Shown here: positions 37,971-48,365 of the stretch, piece after piece
Position numbering within the stretch: position 1 is the stretch's first letter
How the letters are laid out: every line of letters starts with the position of its first letter
Origin: an uncultured Blautia sp.
GTDB taxonomy: Bacteria; Bacillota; Clostridia; Lachnospirales; Lachnospiraceae
NCBI GenBank assembly: GCA_900547685.1
Contig: URHS01000007.1
Location: forward strand, 137-64,136
Reading direction: 5' to 3'
Length of the DNA stretch: 64,000 bases
Program-made: the position numbers and the translations under genes
The notes under the pieces: model-generated
Database searches by the model: none
Told to the model about the DNA's origin: nothing
Seen by the model: the letters and a program-made list of their open reading frames with translations, nothing else

Positions 37971-40445
37971 CTATAAATACTCATCAATATACTTTTCAAA
38001 TTCTTCCATAGACATCAGCACTTTTCTAGGCTTTGTCCCTTCTTCATCACCTACGACACCAGCTTCATATAGCTGATCCATAATACGTGCTGCTCTGTTA
38101 AATCCTATTTTAAACACTCTCTGAAGCATCCCAATAGACGCTTTATCTTTTTCAATAATAAACTTACCGGCATCTACAAAATAGACGTCTCTGTCGTTTG
38201 ATGTATCTGCTCCGGCTGCTGTTGTCTCCTTGACTGCTTCAATTTTCTCCTGAATTTCTTTATTATATTCTGCAGTTGGATTTTGTTTTGACAGAAAATC
38301 CACCACTGCTCCTACTTCCTGATCACTGACAAAAGCGCCTTGTACCCTTGCAGGTTTTTGATATCCCTGAGGATAAAAAAGCATATCTCCCTTGCCTAAC
38401 AATTTTTCTGCACCGTTCATATCTAAAATTGTTCTGGAATCTACTCCGGATGATACAGAAAAAGCAATTCTGGAAGGCATATTTGCCTTAATCAATCCTG
38501 TAATTACATTAACTGAAGGTCTCTGTGTAGCTATAATCAGATGAATACCCGCTGCTCTGGCAAGCTGTGCAAGACGGCAAATAGAGTCTTCTACTTCACC
38601 CGGAGCCACCATCATAAGATCTGCAAGCTCGTCTACAATAATGACAATCTGAGGCAGCTTCTTAGGTTTATTTTCATCTTTAATATCAGAAATGCTTTCC
38701 ACTTTTGCATTGTATCCTTTTAAATCACGGACATTATACTGTGCAAACTTATTATAACGGTCTGTCATCTCAGCTACTGCCCAGTTTAATGCCCCTGCCG
38801 CCTTTTTCGGGTCAGTGACAACAGGAATAAATAAGTGTGGAATTCCGTTATATACACTGAGTTCTACTACTTTTGGATCAATCATAATCAATTTTACATC
38901 ATCCGGTGATGCTTTGTAAAGAAGACTAATAATAATTGTATTGATACATACAGATTTACCGGAGCCTGTTGCACCGGCTATAAGCAGATGAGGCATTTTT
39001 GCAATATCTGTAATTACCGGTTTTCCCGCAATATCTTTTCCCGCAGCAAAAGCAAGCTTTGATTTACAGTTTATAAACGCCTCTGATTGCAATAAATCCC
39101 GTAGCATTACGGTGCTGTTATTTTCATTTGGAACTTCGATTCCTACAGCAGCCTTTCCCGGAATAGGCGCTTCAATTCGAATATCCGTTGCAGCCAAATT
39201 CAACTTAATATCATCTGTCAACCCTACAATTTTACTTACTTTTACACCTTGTTCCGGCTGCAGTTCATATCTGGTAACTGTAGGGCCGCAGCTTACATTT
39301 GTAATACTTACATTTACACCAAAATTATGTAAAGTTTCCTGCAATTTTCCTGCGATTTCTCTTAAATGAGAATCAGAGTCTCCACCTGTCTGTTTTCCTT
39401 TTTTCAAAAGGTCTATAGGAGGAAATTCATAAACTTTTTTTATTTCTGATTCTTTCAAAGCAATTTCTTCACTTACTTCATGAATACCCTGTTCAATTTC
39501 AACTTTTGAAGAACGTGGTTTCTTTCTCGATGTTTCTTTTTCTTCTGTTGCTGTCGGAACAATTTCTTCTATATCCTGTACCAGTTCCTCTGCTCTATGT
39601 ATTGGGAAAGCATTTTCCGGAACAAAAGGTTTCTCCAAAAGATCATCTTCCATCTTCTCCTGCTCTTTTGGTTTTTCTTTTAATATTTTCCGTTCTTTTT
39701 TCTGTTTCCCTTCATTTTCCGCTTCTTTTAATTCTGTTTCTTTTAAGAAATCTTCCGTTCTTTCTTTTCGTTTCTTTTTTCGCTCCTGTTGCTGCTGATT
39801 TTTTTCCTGTTCTTCTTGACGGGCTTTCAATGCTTCCTGTCTTGCCGCTTTTCTTTTGGCTGCATATTGATACATTTTATGGCTGCATTTTTGAATCATA
39901 TTAAACATGGATTTCTGTGTAATCAAAACAAAAGAAATCATCATGGCTGTAACAGTAATAACGTAAGTTCCCACTGTTCCGAATGCCTGCACCAAAAGAC
40001 GACACAAAATTCCGCCTAAAAGTCCGCCTCCGGTTTTATATTCTGCTGATACCCGATAATAAGCCATTAATTCACTTTCATATACCGGGCCTTCTGTAAC
40101 AAGTTGTAAAAAAAGACAAATAGCAAGAAACAACAGGAGAAATCCTGCCATTTTTCTATAAGCTCTTTTATTTCTTCTATTTGCAATTACAAATGCAACA
40201 CCCAAAAACAGAAAAATAGGAAGGGGATAGCAAACCAGTCCAACCAATCCGAAAAAGAAACTGCTGATTGCATTTCCTACGGAACCACCTACTCCAAAAT
40301 TACTGATTAAAAGTACAACAGAAACAGCCAGAACAATCCATAAAAGAATTTCTGACTCCATAGAACTTCCTGTTTGTACTTGTTTTTTCTTCTTTCCTGC
40401 AGATGTGCCTCGTTTTCCTGCACTTTTTTTCTTGGTCGATGCCAT
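37971..40445 (-). CDS. ftsK: DNA translocase FtsK/SpoIIIE
   Basis: N-terminal TMs, PHLLIAGATGSGKS, DELADLM, gamma domain IGFNRAARI. Confidence 0.97.
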   Translation of the reverse strand: MASTKKKSAGKRGTSAGKKKKQVQTGSSMESEILLWIVLAVSVVLLISNFGVGGSVGNAISSFFFGLVGLVCYPLPIFLFLGVAFVIANRRNKRAYRKMAGFLLLFLAICLFLQLVTEGPVYESELMAYYRVSAEYKTGGGLLGGILCRLLVQAFGTVGTYVITVTAMMISFVLITQKSMFNMIQKCSHKMYQYAAKRKAARQEALKARQEEQEKNQQQQERKKKRKERTEDFLKETELKEAENEGKQKKERKILKEKPKEQEKMEDDLLEKPFVPENAFPIHRAEELVQDIEEIVPTATEEKETSRKKPRSSKVEIEQGIHEVSEEIALKESEIKKVYEFPPIDLLKKGKQTGGDSDSHLREIAGKLQETLHNFGVNVSITNVSCGPTVTRYELQPEQGVKVSKIVGLTDDIKLNLAATDIRIEAPIPGKAAVGIEVPNENNSTVMLRDLLQSEAFINCKSKLAFAAGKDIAGKPVITDIAKMPHLLIAGATGSGKSVCINTIIISLLYKASPDDVKLIMIDPKVVELSVYNGIPHLFIPVVTDPKKAAGALNWAVAEMTDRYNKFAQYNVRDLKGYNAKVESISDIKDENKPKKLPQIVIIVDELADLMMVAPGEVEDSICRLAQLARAAGIHLIIATQRPSVNVITGLIKANMPSRIAFSVSSGVDSRTILDMNGAEKLLGKGDMLFYPQGYQKPARVQGAFVSDQEVGAVVDFLSKQNPTAEYNKEIQEKIEAVKETTAAGADTSNDRDVYFVDAGKFIIEKDKASIGMLQRVFKIGFNRAARIMDQLYEAGVVGDEEGTKPRKVLMSMEEFEKYIDEYL

Positions 40446-40480
40446 ATTCCTTTTCTCCCCTTAATCAATTCCCCGAATAC

Positions 40481-41353
40481 TTATATAAAATTACAAACAA
40501 TTGCTACAATTCCCAGTAAAAAACAATAGATAGAGAAAATACGAAAACGTTTTTTTCTCATTACCACCAACATTCCTTTTATGCAAAAATATCCTACAGC
40601 GCCTGCTACGACTGCTGCCAAAAGAGAGAAAGCCATAGTTTCTAAATTTTCTCCTGTATAAGAAAACTGAAATAATTCTAAAAGCGCTGCTCCCAACATT
40701 GCCGGTATTGCCATTAAAAAGGAATATTTTACTGCAAATTTCCTATTAAATCCACACAGCAGACAGACTGCAATAGTAATGCCTGCTCTGGAAATTCCCG
40801 GAAAGACAGCAAATCCCTGACAAATTCCTAATAAAAATGCTACCGCATAAGTAACATCTTTTGGGATTTTCTTCCCTGCCGGAAAGAAATCCACTACTAA
40901 AAGTAAAATTCCTGTTATAAAAAGTCCCATAGCCGGTGCCAACAGATTTTTCCCTGCCTGTTCAACAAAATCCTGAAGCAAAAAACCTAAAAAACCAGTA
41001 GGGATTGTAGATATAAAAAGCAGTAAAAACAACTTTCTGTAATTATTGGAAATAATCTTTTTGTAGCGCTTTGCATCTTGCTGGTGTTTATTGTGAAAAT
41101 AAGTTCTCACATTCCCATAGATGTCATAAAGGCATTTACAGCCCTCTAACAGAAGTTTCTTCACATCTTGACGAAATGCTATTAAAATGGCAGCGAGCGT
41201 TCCAAGATGTATAATGGTATTAAATAAGAGTCCGGTGTCTGTCTCTATTTTAAATAAATTTTCGATAATTGCCAGATGACCGGAGCTGCTTACCGGAAGA
41301 AACTCTGTAATTCCCTGAATTACACCTAATAAAAGTGCCTGTATAAATGACAT
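40481..41353 (-). CDS. uppP: Undecaprenyl-diphosphate phosphatase
   Basis: QGITEFLPVSSSGH, PGISR.G. Confidence 0.95.
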   Translation of the reverse strand: MSFIQALLLGVIQGITEFLPVSSSGHLAIIENLFKIETDTGLLFNTIIHLGTLAAILIAFRQDVKKLLLEGCKCLYDIYGNVRTYFHNKHQQDAKRYKKIISNNYRKLFLLLFISTIPTGFLGFLLQDFVEQAGKNLLAPAMGLFITGILLLVVDFFPAGKKIPKDVTYAVAFLLGICQGFAVFPGISRAGITIAVCLLCGFNRKFAVKYSFLMAIPAMLGAALLELFQFSYTGENLETMAFSLLAAVVAGAVGYFCIKGMLVVMRKKRFRIFSIYCFLLGIVAIVCNFI

Positions 41354-41436
41354 TTCATTAACCTCATCATTCGTATTTTATGTTTTTATCAAATGTTTAT
41401 TTTATCATAAATCCTGTATTCGTACAACTTAAATTC

Positions 41437-42141
41437 CTAAGATTTCTGAGCTTTCTCCTTTTCAATTAATTCATATAATTTATGAAGTGCCTGACAAATA
41501 CCTCCTGTTTCGTCAATCAGTCCCTCTCTGACTGCTTCTTCCCCTTCCAACATAGTTCCCACATCTTTTACCAACTGGGAAGTATCCAGCATCAGCTGTT
41601 CAATGCGTTTTTGCGGCATTTTGGAATGAGCGGCGATAAAGCGGGTAATCCTGTCCTGAATTTTCTCCATGTTCCGATAAGTCTGCATTACTCCAATAAA
41701 CATTCCATTACTTCGAACCGGATGAATCACCATAGTAGCACTTGGAACAATATAAGAATAATCGGCGGAAACTGCCATAGGGACACCAATAGAATGTCCA
41801 CCTCCCAGTACAAGGGAAACCGTGGGCTTACTTAAAGATGCAATCATCTCTGCAATAGCAAGTCCTGCCTCTACATCTCCTCCCACCGTGTTTAATAAAA
41901 TCAAAAGACCATCTGTTTCTTTGCTGTCTTCAATCATAGCAAGCTTTGGGAGTACATGCTCATATTTCGTGGTTTTACTATTATTCGGCAGACACTCATG
42001 ACCTTCTACTTCTCCAATAATAGATAAAAGTTGGATATGATACTCTTTCTCATTTTCTTCCAGTAAAACCTGTCCCATTTCTTCAATCTGTTCGTTTTGC
42101 TGCTGGGTTTTATCCAATTTTTCCTTTTTATCTTCCGACAT
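41437..42141 (-). CDS. tepA: ClpP-like translocation-enhancing protein TepA
   Basis: GEVEGH, TKYEH, NTVGGDVEAGLAIAE, GGHSIGVP; start ATG 42141. Confidence 0.9.
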   Translation of the reverse strand: MSEDKKEKLDKTQQQNEQIEEMGQVLLEENEKEYHIQLLSIIGEVEGHECLPNNSKTTKYEHVLPKLAMIEDSKETDGLLILLNTVGGDVEAGLAIAEMIASLSKPTVSLVLGGGHSIGVPMAVSADYSYIVPSATMVIHPVRSNGMFIGVMQTYRNMEKIQDRITRFIAAHSKMPQKRIEQLMLDTSQLVKDVGTMLEGEEAVREGLIDETGGICQALHKLYELIEKEKAQKS

Positions 42142-42144
42142 AAA

Positions 42145-42200
42145 AATACCTCCAGTTCTGCTTTCTGGAGGTATTATGTGTAGTATCTCTATTTTTATTC
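42145..42200 (-). promoter_or_regulatory. SigG-like promoter overlapped by a terminator/RBS-occluding hairpin
   Basis: GAATA(42196-42200)-17-CATAATA(42172-42178); 11-bp stem 42165-42175/42145-42155 contains GGAGGT. Confidence 0.7.
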
Positions 42201-42923
42201 TTCCCAGTTGTGCCATACATCAGTAACATCGTCGTCATCTTCAAGTAAATCAAGCGTCTTCTGAAGGTTTTTGATATCCTGCTCATCAGAAAGTGCTACA
42301 TAGTTCTGGGGAATCATGGCAACCTGTGCTTCCACCATTGGAATGCCTTCTTTTTCTAATGCTTCTCTTACTGCACTGAAATCATCAGGAGCTGTAAGCA
42401 CTTCAAAGCTGTCTTCTTCTTCTGCAAAATCTTCTGCACCTGCATCTAATGCAATCATCATTAAATCATCGGCATCCATTTCACATTCTTCTTTATCAAT
42501 AATAATCTGTCCTTTTTTATCGAACATGAAAGATACAGAACCTGGAGTTCCAATGTTTCCATTTCCTTTTGTAAAAGCACTTCTTACATTTCCTGCAGTA
42601 CGATTTTTGTTATCTGTCAGTGTTTCTACGATAATTGCTACACCACTTGGACCGTAGCCTTCGTATGTAAGCACTTCAAAGTTATCTGCATTGGAGTCTC
42701 CGGCAGCTTTTTTAATACCTCTTTCAATGGTATCATTTGGCATGTTATTTGCTTTTGCTTTTGCAATAACGTCTCTTAATTTGCTGTTATTTGCCGGATC
42801 CGGTCCGCCTTCTTTTACAGCTACTACGATTTCTCTACCGATAACTGTAAAAATTTTACCTTTTTTTGCATCATTTTTCTCTTTTTTATGTTTTATGTTT
42901 GCGAATTTTGAATGTCCTGACAT
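42195..42923 (-). CDS. yebC: YebC/PmpR-family protein
   Basis: [28 protein letters not shown]. Confidence 0.96.
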   Translation of the reverse strand: MSGHSKFANIKHKKEKNDAKKGKIFTVIGREIVVAVKEGGPDPANNSKLRDVIAKAKANNMPNDTIERGIKKAAGDSNADNFEVLTYEGYGPSGVAIIVETLTDNKNRTAGNVRSAFTKGNGNIGTPGSVSFMFDKKGQIIIDKEECEMDADDLMMIALDAGAEDFAEEEDSFEVLTAPDDFSAVREALEKEGIPMVEAQVAMIPQNYVALSDEQDIKNLQKTLDLLEDDDDVTDVWHNWEE

Positions 42924-44284
42924 TTTTCTTCTCCTTTTTCTTCGTCCGGTAATTTCTCAACCCTGACTTTTTGTATGGTATTATTTTCCACTGCAAGAAT
43001 GGTAAATAAATATCCTTTTGCTTTTATTTCTTTATCCTCTGCCATATTAGGCACATGACCTAATAAAGAGGTAAGATAACCATTTAAGGTATCAAATTCT
43101 TCTTCATCAAAATCAGAATTTAATACATCATCTACTTGTTCCAGAGGCGTAAGACCATTCATTACTAAAGACTGATCATTCTGAAGCTGAATAAAGTTTT
43201 CATCTTCATCATATTCATCTAAAATATTTCCTACAATCTCCTCTAAAATATCTTCCATTGTTACAATTCCTGAAGTCTGTCCGTATTCGTCTACCACAAC
43301 TACCAGATGGATTTTTTTTGCCTGCATACGCTTAAATAAATCGTTAATGCTTCTGGTTTCCGGAACATACACTGCTTCCCTGATTAAATCGGGAATAGAA
43401 CCAATAGGAAGATTTTCACATTCAGGCAATGTAATCTGTCTCATGGCATCTTTTAAATGTAAAATACCAATAATATTATCAATATCTTCCCTGTAGACCG
43501 GATAACGAGAATTGCTGTTATCCAGCATATAAGATAAAGCGTCCTTTAACAATGTATTTTCTTCTATGGCATGAAGATTTTTACGATGTGTCATAATATC
43601 TTGTGCTTCTGTCTCAGAAAACTCCATAATATTCTGAATCATTTCTGCTTCGTTTTCTTCAATAACACCTTGTTCATGCGCATCGTCCACCATGGAAATA
43701 ATCTCTTCTTCTGTCACATCATCTTCCTGTTTATGTGGATCTACACCAAACAACCTTACAATCACATTGGAAAGCTTCATGATCAGAAAAGTAATCGGCT
43801 TAAAGACAGTTACGAAAAACCGAACCATACCTGCTGTACGATAAACCCATTTATCCGGATCATGATTAAACACCTTTTTAGCTGAAATCACACCAAAAGA
43901 CATCAATGTAATTAAAAAGAACACCAGTACCAGCACAATAGAAATTCCCGCTCCAATATAAGGCGGCATTTCTATGCCAGCCGCTTTGAAAAGTCCTCCT
44001 ATCCATGTATAAACATAGGGGGTTATAGAATGAATTCCAATGTAACCGATTAAAATACTTAAAAGTGTTGCTATCGTTAAAATAGTGTTAATAATTGCAG
44101 CAGGATTTGCCATAATCTCTAAAATCCATTGAGATTTTCTGTCATTTTGTTCACTGGCTTTTTTCTCCACATCTGCTTCGCTCACCTTTTGAATGGCAGC
44201 TCCAAAACCATATAGACTACCGTTTACGAGAATAAATGCAACAAATACTATCAGAGCCCCTATAAGGCTACTCCCATCATCCAT
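42893..44284 (-). CDS. HlyC/CorC-family CBS-domain transporter
   Basis: DUF21-like TMs, SRYPVY, VVDEYG..GIVT.ED.LEEIVG. Confidence 0.92.
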   Translation of the reverse strand: MDDGSSLIGALIVFVAFILVNGSLYGFGAAIQKVSEADVEKKASEQNDRKSQWILEIMANPAAIINTILTIATLLSILIGYIGIHSITPYVYTWIGGLFKAAGIEMPPYIGAGISIVLVLVFFLITLMSFGVISAKKVFNHDPDKWVYRTAGMVRFFVTVFKPITFLIMKLSNVIVRLFGVDPHKQEDDVTEEEIISMVDDAHEQGVIEENEAEMIQNIMEFSETEAQDIMTHRKNLHAIEENTLLKDALSYMLDNSNSRYPVYREDIDNIIGILHLKDAMRQITLPECENLPIGSIPDLIREAVYVPETRSINDLFKRMQAKKIHLVVVVDEYGQTSGIVTMEDILEEIVGNILDEYDEDENFIQLQNDQSLVMNGLTPLEQVDDVLNSDFDEEEFDTLNGYLTSLLGHVPNMAEDKEIKAKGYLFTILAVENNTIQKVRVEKLPDEEKGEEKCQDIQNSQT

Positions 44285-44389
44285 AAATTATTTTATTTCC
44301 TTCCTTCTTCTTACGTTTTACAATGTGAAAAAACACATCATGAATAAAATACCATTTTCCATATCTTTCGTCAAGATTTCCGCAGAAAA

Positions 44390-44737
44390 CTATGTAGGAA
44401 GTTCCAAACTGACACACAGTGCATGGTTGACTTTCTTCAATATTTCTGCATCTAAATGGCAGACTTTGTCCTTCAGCCTTCGTTTGTCAATAGTTCTTAA
44501 CTGTTCCAGCAAAATTACTGAATCTTTTACAATGGCATAAGACTGTGCGTCAATTTCAATATGCGTAGGAAGTTTTGCCTTATTCATTCTTGATGTAATT
44601 GCTGCACAGATGACTGTTGGACTATGTTTATTTCCAATATCGTTTTGTATAATCAGAACCGGTCTGATACCACCCTGTTCACTGCCTACTACCGGTCGCA
44701 GGTCAGCGTAAAAAATATCTCCGCGTTTGATAACCAC
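44390..44737 (-). CDS. mazF: MazF/PemK-family endoribonuclease (NdoA/EndoA-like)
   Basis: [41 protein letters not shown]. Confidence 0.95.
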   Translation of the reverse strand: MVIKRGDIFYADLRPVVGSEQGGIRPVLIIQNDIGNKHSPTVICAAITSRMNKAKLPTHIEIDAQSYAIVKDSVILLEQLRTIDKRRLKDKVCHLDAEILKKVNHALCVSLELPT

Positions 44738-44839
44738 ACATTTCACACTCCGATTTTATGTTTTTTATGATTTTACCCATTTTTTTCGTGTGTATTCATG
44801 TATTATCCGCAGGCGAAGAATTTTGCCTATCGGAATTTC

Positions 44840-45988
44840 CTATTCCTTTACTTGTCCGTCTTTATAATATACTCTTGGAACCCTTTTGCTAATACAGCAG
44901 GCAAACTCATAATTAAATCTGCCTGACAACTCGCCTAATTCTTCCATAGTAATGCAGTCTGTACCGTCTTTTCCAAGAAGAGTTACCTCATCTAATTCTT
45001 CTGCTTCCGGAATTGCCGTCACATCTACCATAAATTGATCCATACATACTTTTCCAAGGATTTTCGCTCTTTTTCCACGAATTAAAACACTTCCTTTATT
45101 GGAAAGTCCTCTGGAGTAACCATCTGCATATCCTACAGGTATCGTAGCAACTCTGGTTACTTTTTCTGTTGTAAAAGTTCCGCCATAGCTGATTTCCACT
45201 CCAGGCTCTACTTCTTTTATATAAGCAATATGACTTTTTAATTCCATTGCCGGCTTTAAAAGAATTTTATCCCGCTCCACCTCGTTGGAAGGATACATTC
45301 CATAAAGAATAATTCCTGCACGTACTGCATCAAAATAAGCATCCTGCATCCGAATAATCGCCGCGCTGTTAGAGCAATGCTTCATTGGTATGGAAATCCC
45401 CTGTTCTTTCAATGCATTTAAAAAGCCCTGATATTTCTCTAATTGCCGATATGCCGGTGTAATATCGGATTCATCTGCTCTGGCAAAATGAGTAAATATC
45501 CCTTCCAATTCAATATTTGGAAGTTTTGAAATTTCTACGATTTCCGGTATTGCATCCTCTATATGACGATAACCGATACGTGTCATGCCTGTATCTAATT
45601 TTATATGTATTTTTAAAACTTTATTGGCTTTTACGGCTGCTTTTGACAGCTGTTCTGCCATGGAAAACTTAAACACCGTAGGTTGAAAATCTTCTTTTAC
45701 AATTCGGTCATAATCTTCCTCGTATGTATAACCTAAAATTAAAATCGGTTTTTTTATTCCTGCTTTTCGAAGTTCTCTGCCTTCCTCCACAGTAGCAACC
45801 GCAATTCCCCATATATAAGGATAATCTTGAATTTCTTTTGCAATAGGAACAGCTCCGTGTCCGTATCCATCTGCCTTTAGCACTGCAATAATCTGTGTAT
45901 CCTCTCCCATATAATCGTGCATATTTTTCAGGTTGTAATCAATTGCATCCAGATTAATGTGTGCCTGAATTCTTCTTTGTATTCTCAT
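44840..45988 (-). CDS. alr: Alanine racemase
   Basis: AVLKADGYGHG, KLDTGM.R.G, GYADG, CMDQ. Confidence 0.97.
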   Translation of the reverse strand: MRIQRRIQAHINLDAIDYNLKNMHDYMGEDTQIIAVLKADGYGHGAVPIAKEIQDYPYIWGIAVATVEEGRELRKAGIKKPILILGYTYEEDYDRIVKEDFQPTVFKFSMAEQLSKAAVKANKVLKIHIKLDTGMTRIGYRHIEDAIPEIVEISKLPNIELEGIFTHFARADESDITPAYRQLEKYQGFLNALKEQGISIPMKHCSNSAAIIRMQDAYFDAVRAGIILYGMYPSNEVERDKILLKPAMELKSHIAYIKEVEPGVEISYGGTFTTEKVTRVATIPVGYADGYSRGLSNKGSVLIRGKRAKILGKVCMDQFMVDVTAIPEAEELDEVTLLGKDGTDCITMEELGELSGRFNYEFACCISKRVPRVYYKDGQVKE

Positions 45989-46009
45989 GCCTTTCTCATC
46001 TCTCCCTTT

Positions 46010-47494
46010 TTAAATCTCACCCAGAATTTGCCCTGCTGCTTCAATTAAATCTCCTGCCAACATAGCCGCACGCCCTTTTTTCTTTGCTGCTAAATCTCCT
46101 GCAGCACCATGAAGATAAGCGCCCAGACAGGCTGCTTCCAGCGCATCTTTTCCCTGTGCCAAAAGGCTCAAAATAATTCCTGTCAGAACATCGCCACTGC
46201 CTGCGCTTGCCATACCGTCATTTCCGGATAAATTTAAATATATACTTTCATTTCCTTTACTGATAATTGTTCTGGCATCTTTACATACTAACACAACAGA
46301 AAGGGTTTTTGCAATTTCCTGTGTGATTTTTATGGGATTTTCTTTCCATTTTTCTATAGAAATCCCGGTAAGGCGAGAAAATTCCCCTAAATGAGGAGTC
46401 AAAATCACTTCTTCAGGATAATTTTTCAACTGTGCTTCTCGTTCTTTTAACATTCCAATGGCATCTGCATCAATAACAAGAGGCTTTCTTCCATAAAAAA
46501 GCACCGTGTCCAAAAGGTTTTCCGCCTGCTTTTCAAGACCAATACCCGGTCCAATTCCAATCACATCTGCCCAGGCAAAACTTTCTAAAAGTTCTTTCGT
46601 AATGTCCTGATTGTCTCCATAACACAGCAGCATCGCCTCAGGAAAACAGGAAAACAGATTTTTGTTTTCTTTGTGAGTATAGATTTTCAACATACCTGCA
46701 CCGGTTCTCATGGCTGCCATTCCACTTAAATATGCAGCGCCAAAAATATCTTTACTTCCTGCGATTAAAAGAATTTTTCCAAAACTGCCTTTGTTTCCAT
46801 CTTGTTTTCTTTGAATCTTTTTTAAATCTTCTCTTGTATACGCAAAAATTTCAGGCTGAGGCAATATTTGTGATTTTGCATAGATGCCAATATCAGCAAT
46901 AACAACTTTCCCAGCATAGTCTGCTCCGGGATAAAGGAAAAGTCCGGCTTTTCCATAACCAAATGTAACAGTTAAATCTGCTTTTACTGCACACCCTAAT
47001 ATCTTTCCTGTCTTACTGCAAATACCTGAGGGGATATCCACAGCAACCACTTTCCCTTGAAACTGATGCAGTTCTCGTATCACTTCTTTTAAACTTCCTG
47101 TAATTTCTCTGGAAAGTCCTACTCCTAAAACAGCATCTACGATAACAGTATATTCAGAAATATGAAAACTCTTGACAAAGGAAATTCCATAATTTTTTCC
47201 AATATCTATCTGTTTTTGCATTTCTTTTGTAAAATTCTCCGGCTTTCCTAAAATACAGACATCTGCACAGTATCCTGCAAGATGAAGCAGCCGTGCAAGT
47301 ACTACACCATCCGCTCCATTATTTCCGCTTCCACATAAGATTAAAACTTTCTTTAAAAAAAATCCCTCTTTTTTCATTGCCTCGAAAACAGAAAGTCCTG
47401 CTCTTTCCATAAGTACCAAAGAAGGAACCCCCATTTCTTCTATGGTGTATTTATCTAAAAGCTGCATTTGTTCACCTGTTACAATCCGCTCCAT
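46010..47494 (-). CDS. nnr: Bifunctional NAD(P)H-hydrate epimerase/dehydratase
   Basis: LMERAG, GSGNNGADG, DIPSG, TPH.GE, AGSGDVL. Confidence 0.94.
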   Translation of the reverse strand: MERIVTGEQMQLLDKYTIEEMGVPSLVLMERAGLSVFEAMKKEGFFLKKVLILCGSGNNGADGVVLARLLHLAGYCADVCILGKPENFTKEMQKQIDIGKNYGISFVKSFHISEYTVIVDAVLGVGLSREITGSLKEVIRELHQFQGKVVAVDIPSGICSKTGKILGCAVKADLTVTFGYGKAGLFLYPGADYAGKVVIADIGIYAKSQILPQPEIFAYTREDLKKIQRKQDGNKGSFGKILLIAGSKDIFGAAYLSGMAAMRTGAGMLKIYTHKENKNLFSCFPEAMLLCYGDNQDITKELLESFAWADVIGIGPGIGLEKQAENLLDTVLFYGRKPLVIDADAIGMLKEREAQLKNYPEEVILTPHLGEFSRLTGISIEKWKENPIKITQEIAKTLSVVLVCKDARTIISKGNESIYLNLSGNDGMASAGSGDVLTGIILSLLAQGKDALEAACLGAYLHGAAGDLAAKKKGRAAMLAGDLIEAAGQILGEI

Positions 47495-47520
47495 TTTTCC
47501 CTCCTTAATGAATGTAAACT

Positions 47521-47560
47521 GAAAAAGCTGCTGCAAAACTCCTTTCACAACAGCCTTCCC
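47521..47560 (-). terminator. Terminator-like hairpin after rex
   Basis: AAGGCTGTTGTG...TGCAGCAGCTTTTTC on the minus strand. Confidence 0.55.
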
Positions 47561-47562
47561 CC

Positions 47563-48213
47563 TTATTTCTCTTTTTTCTGCTCCGCAACAGAACAATTCA
47601 AATTGTAGGACAAACGCATTAGGCTTTCTGAAAGATGAACATTTTCTACAATAACATCTTTAGGGACATTTAAGTCCAAATGAGCAAAATTCCAAATAGC
47701 TTTAATTCCATTCTGCACCAAAATCTCCGCAATTTCCGCAGCACTGCTCTTTGGTACAGTCAATGCAGCAATCTGTACATCTTCTTTTTGTAGAAACTCC
47801 GGCAACTCGTCCATCATACGAATTCCATTTCCCCTGATTGAAATTCCTTTTAAAACCGGATTAATATCAAAAACACCTACAATTTTAAATCCTCTTTTTT
47901 CAAACTTCACATAGTTTGCAAGAGCTTGTCCAAGATTTCCCGCTCCTATAATAATCATGTGATGGGTTTTATCTAACCCTAGAATTTTTCCGATTTCCTC
48001 GTACAGATATCGTACATTATATCCGTATCCCTGCTGCCCAAAACCTCCGAAATTATTCAAATCCTGACGGATTTGAGAAGCCGTAACACGCATTTTTGCA
48101 CTTAACTCATTGGATGAAATCCTTTCTATTCCCTCCTCCATGAGTTCACCTAAATATCTGTAATATCGAGGTAATCGTTTAATTACTGCTTTTGAAATGC
48201 TTTTTTCCTCCAC
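47563..48213 (-). CDS. rex: Redox-sensing repressor Rex
   Basis: RLPRYYRYL, SQIRQDL..FG.FGQQGYGY, GAGNLG; GTG start. Confidence 0.97.
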   Translation of the reverse strand: MEEKSISKAVIKRLPRYYRYLGELMEEGIERISSNELSAKMRVTASQIRQDLNNFGGFGQQGYGYNVRYLYEEIGKILGLDKTHHMIIIGAGNLGQALANYVKFEKRGFKIVGVFDINPVLKGISIRGNGIRMMDELPEFLQKEDVQIAALTVPKSSAAEIAEILVQNGIKAIWNFAHLDLNVPKDVIVENVHLSESLMRLSYNLNCSVAEQKKEK

Positions 48214-48254
48214 GGCGAACCCTCCTGTATTCAAAATACACATTTCTTAAAATT

Positions 48255-48329
48255 ATTATATAAAATTGTTAAATTAAAGTCAATCATAATTCATTTATCT
48301 GTTGTCAAATATATTTTTTCCGCTATAAT
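48255..48329. promoter_or_regulatory. Divergent SigA promoters for rex (-) and the ABC-F gene (+)
   Basis: Minus TTGACT-17-TATAAT (48283-48255); plus TTGTCA-16-TATAAT (48302-48329). Confidence 0.6.
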
Positions 48330-48365
48330 AAATGAAGGTACTATATTTACAAAGGAGATATTTAC

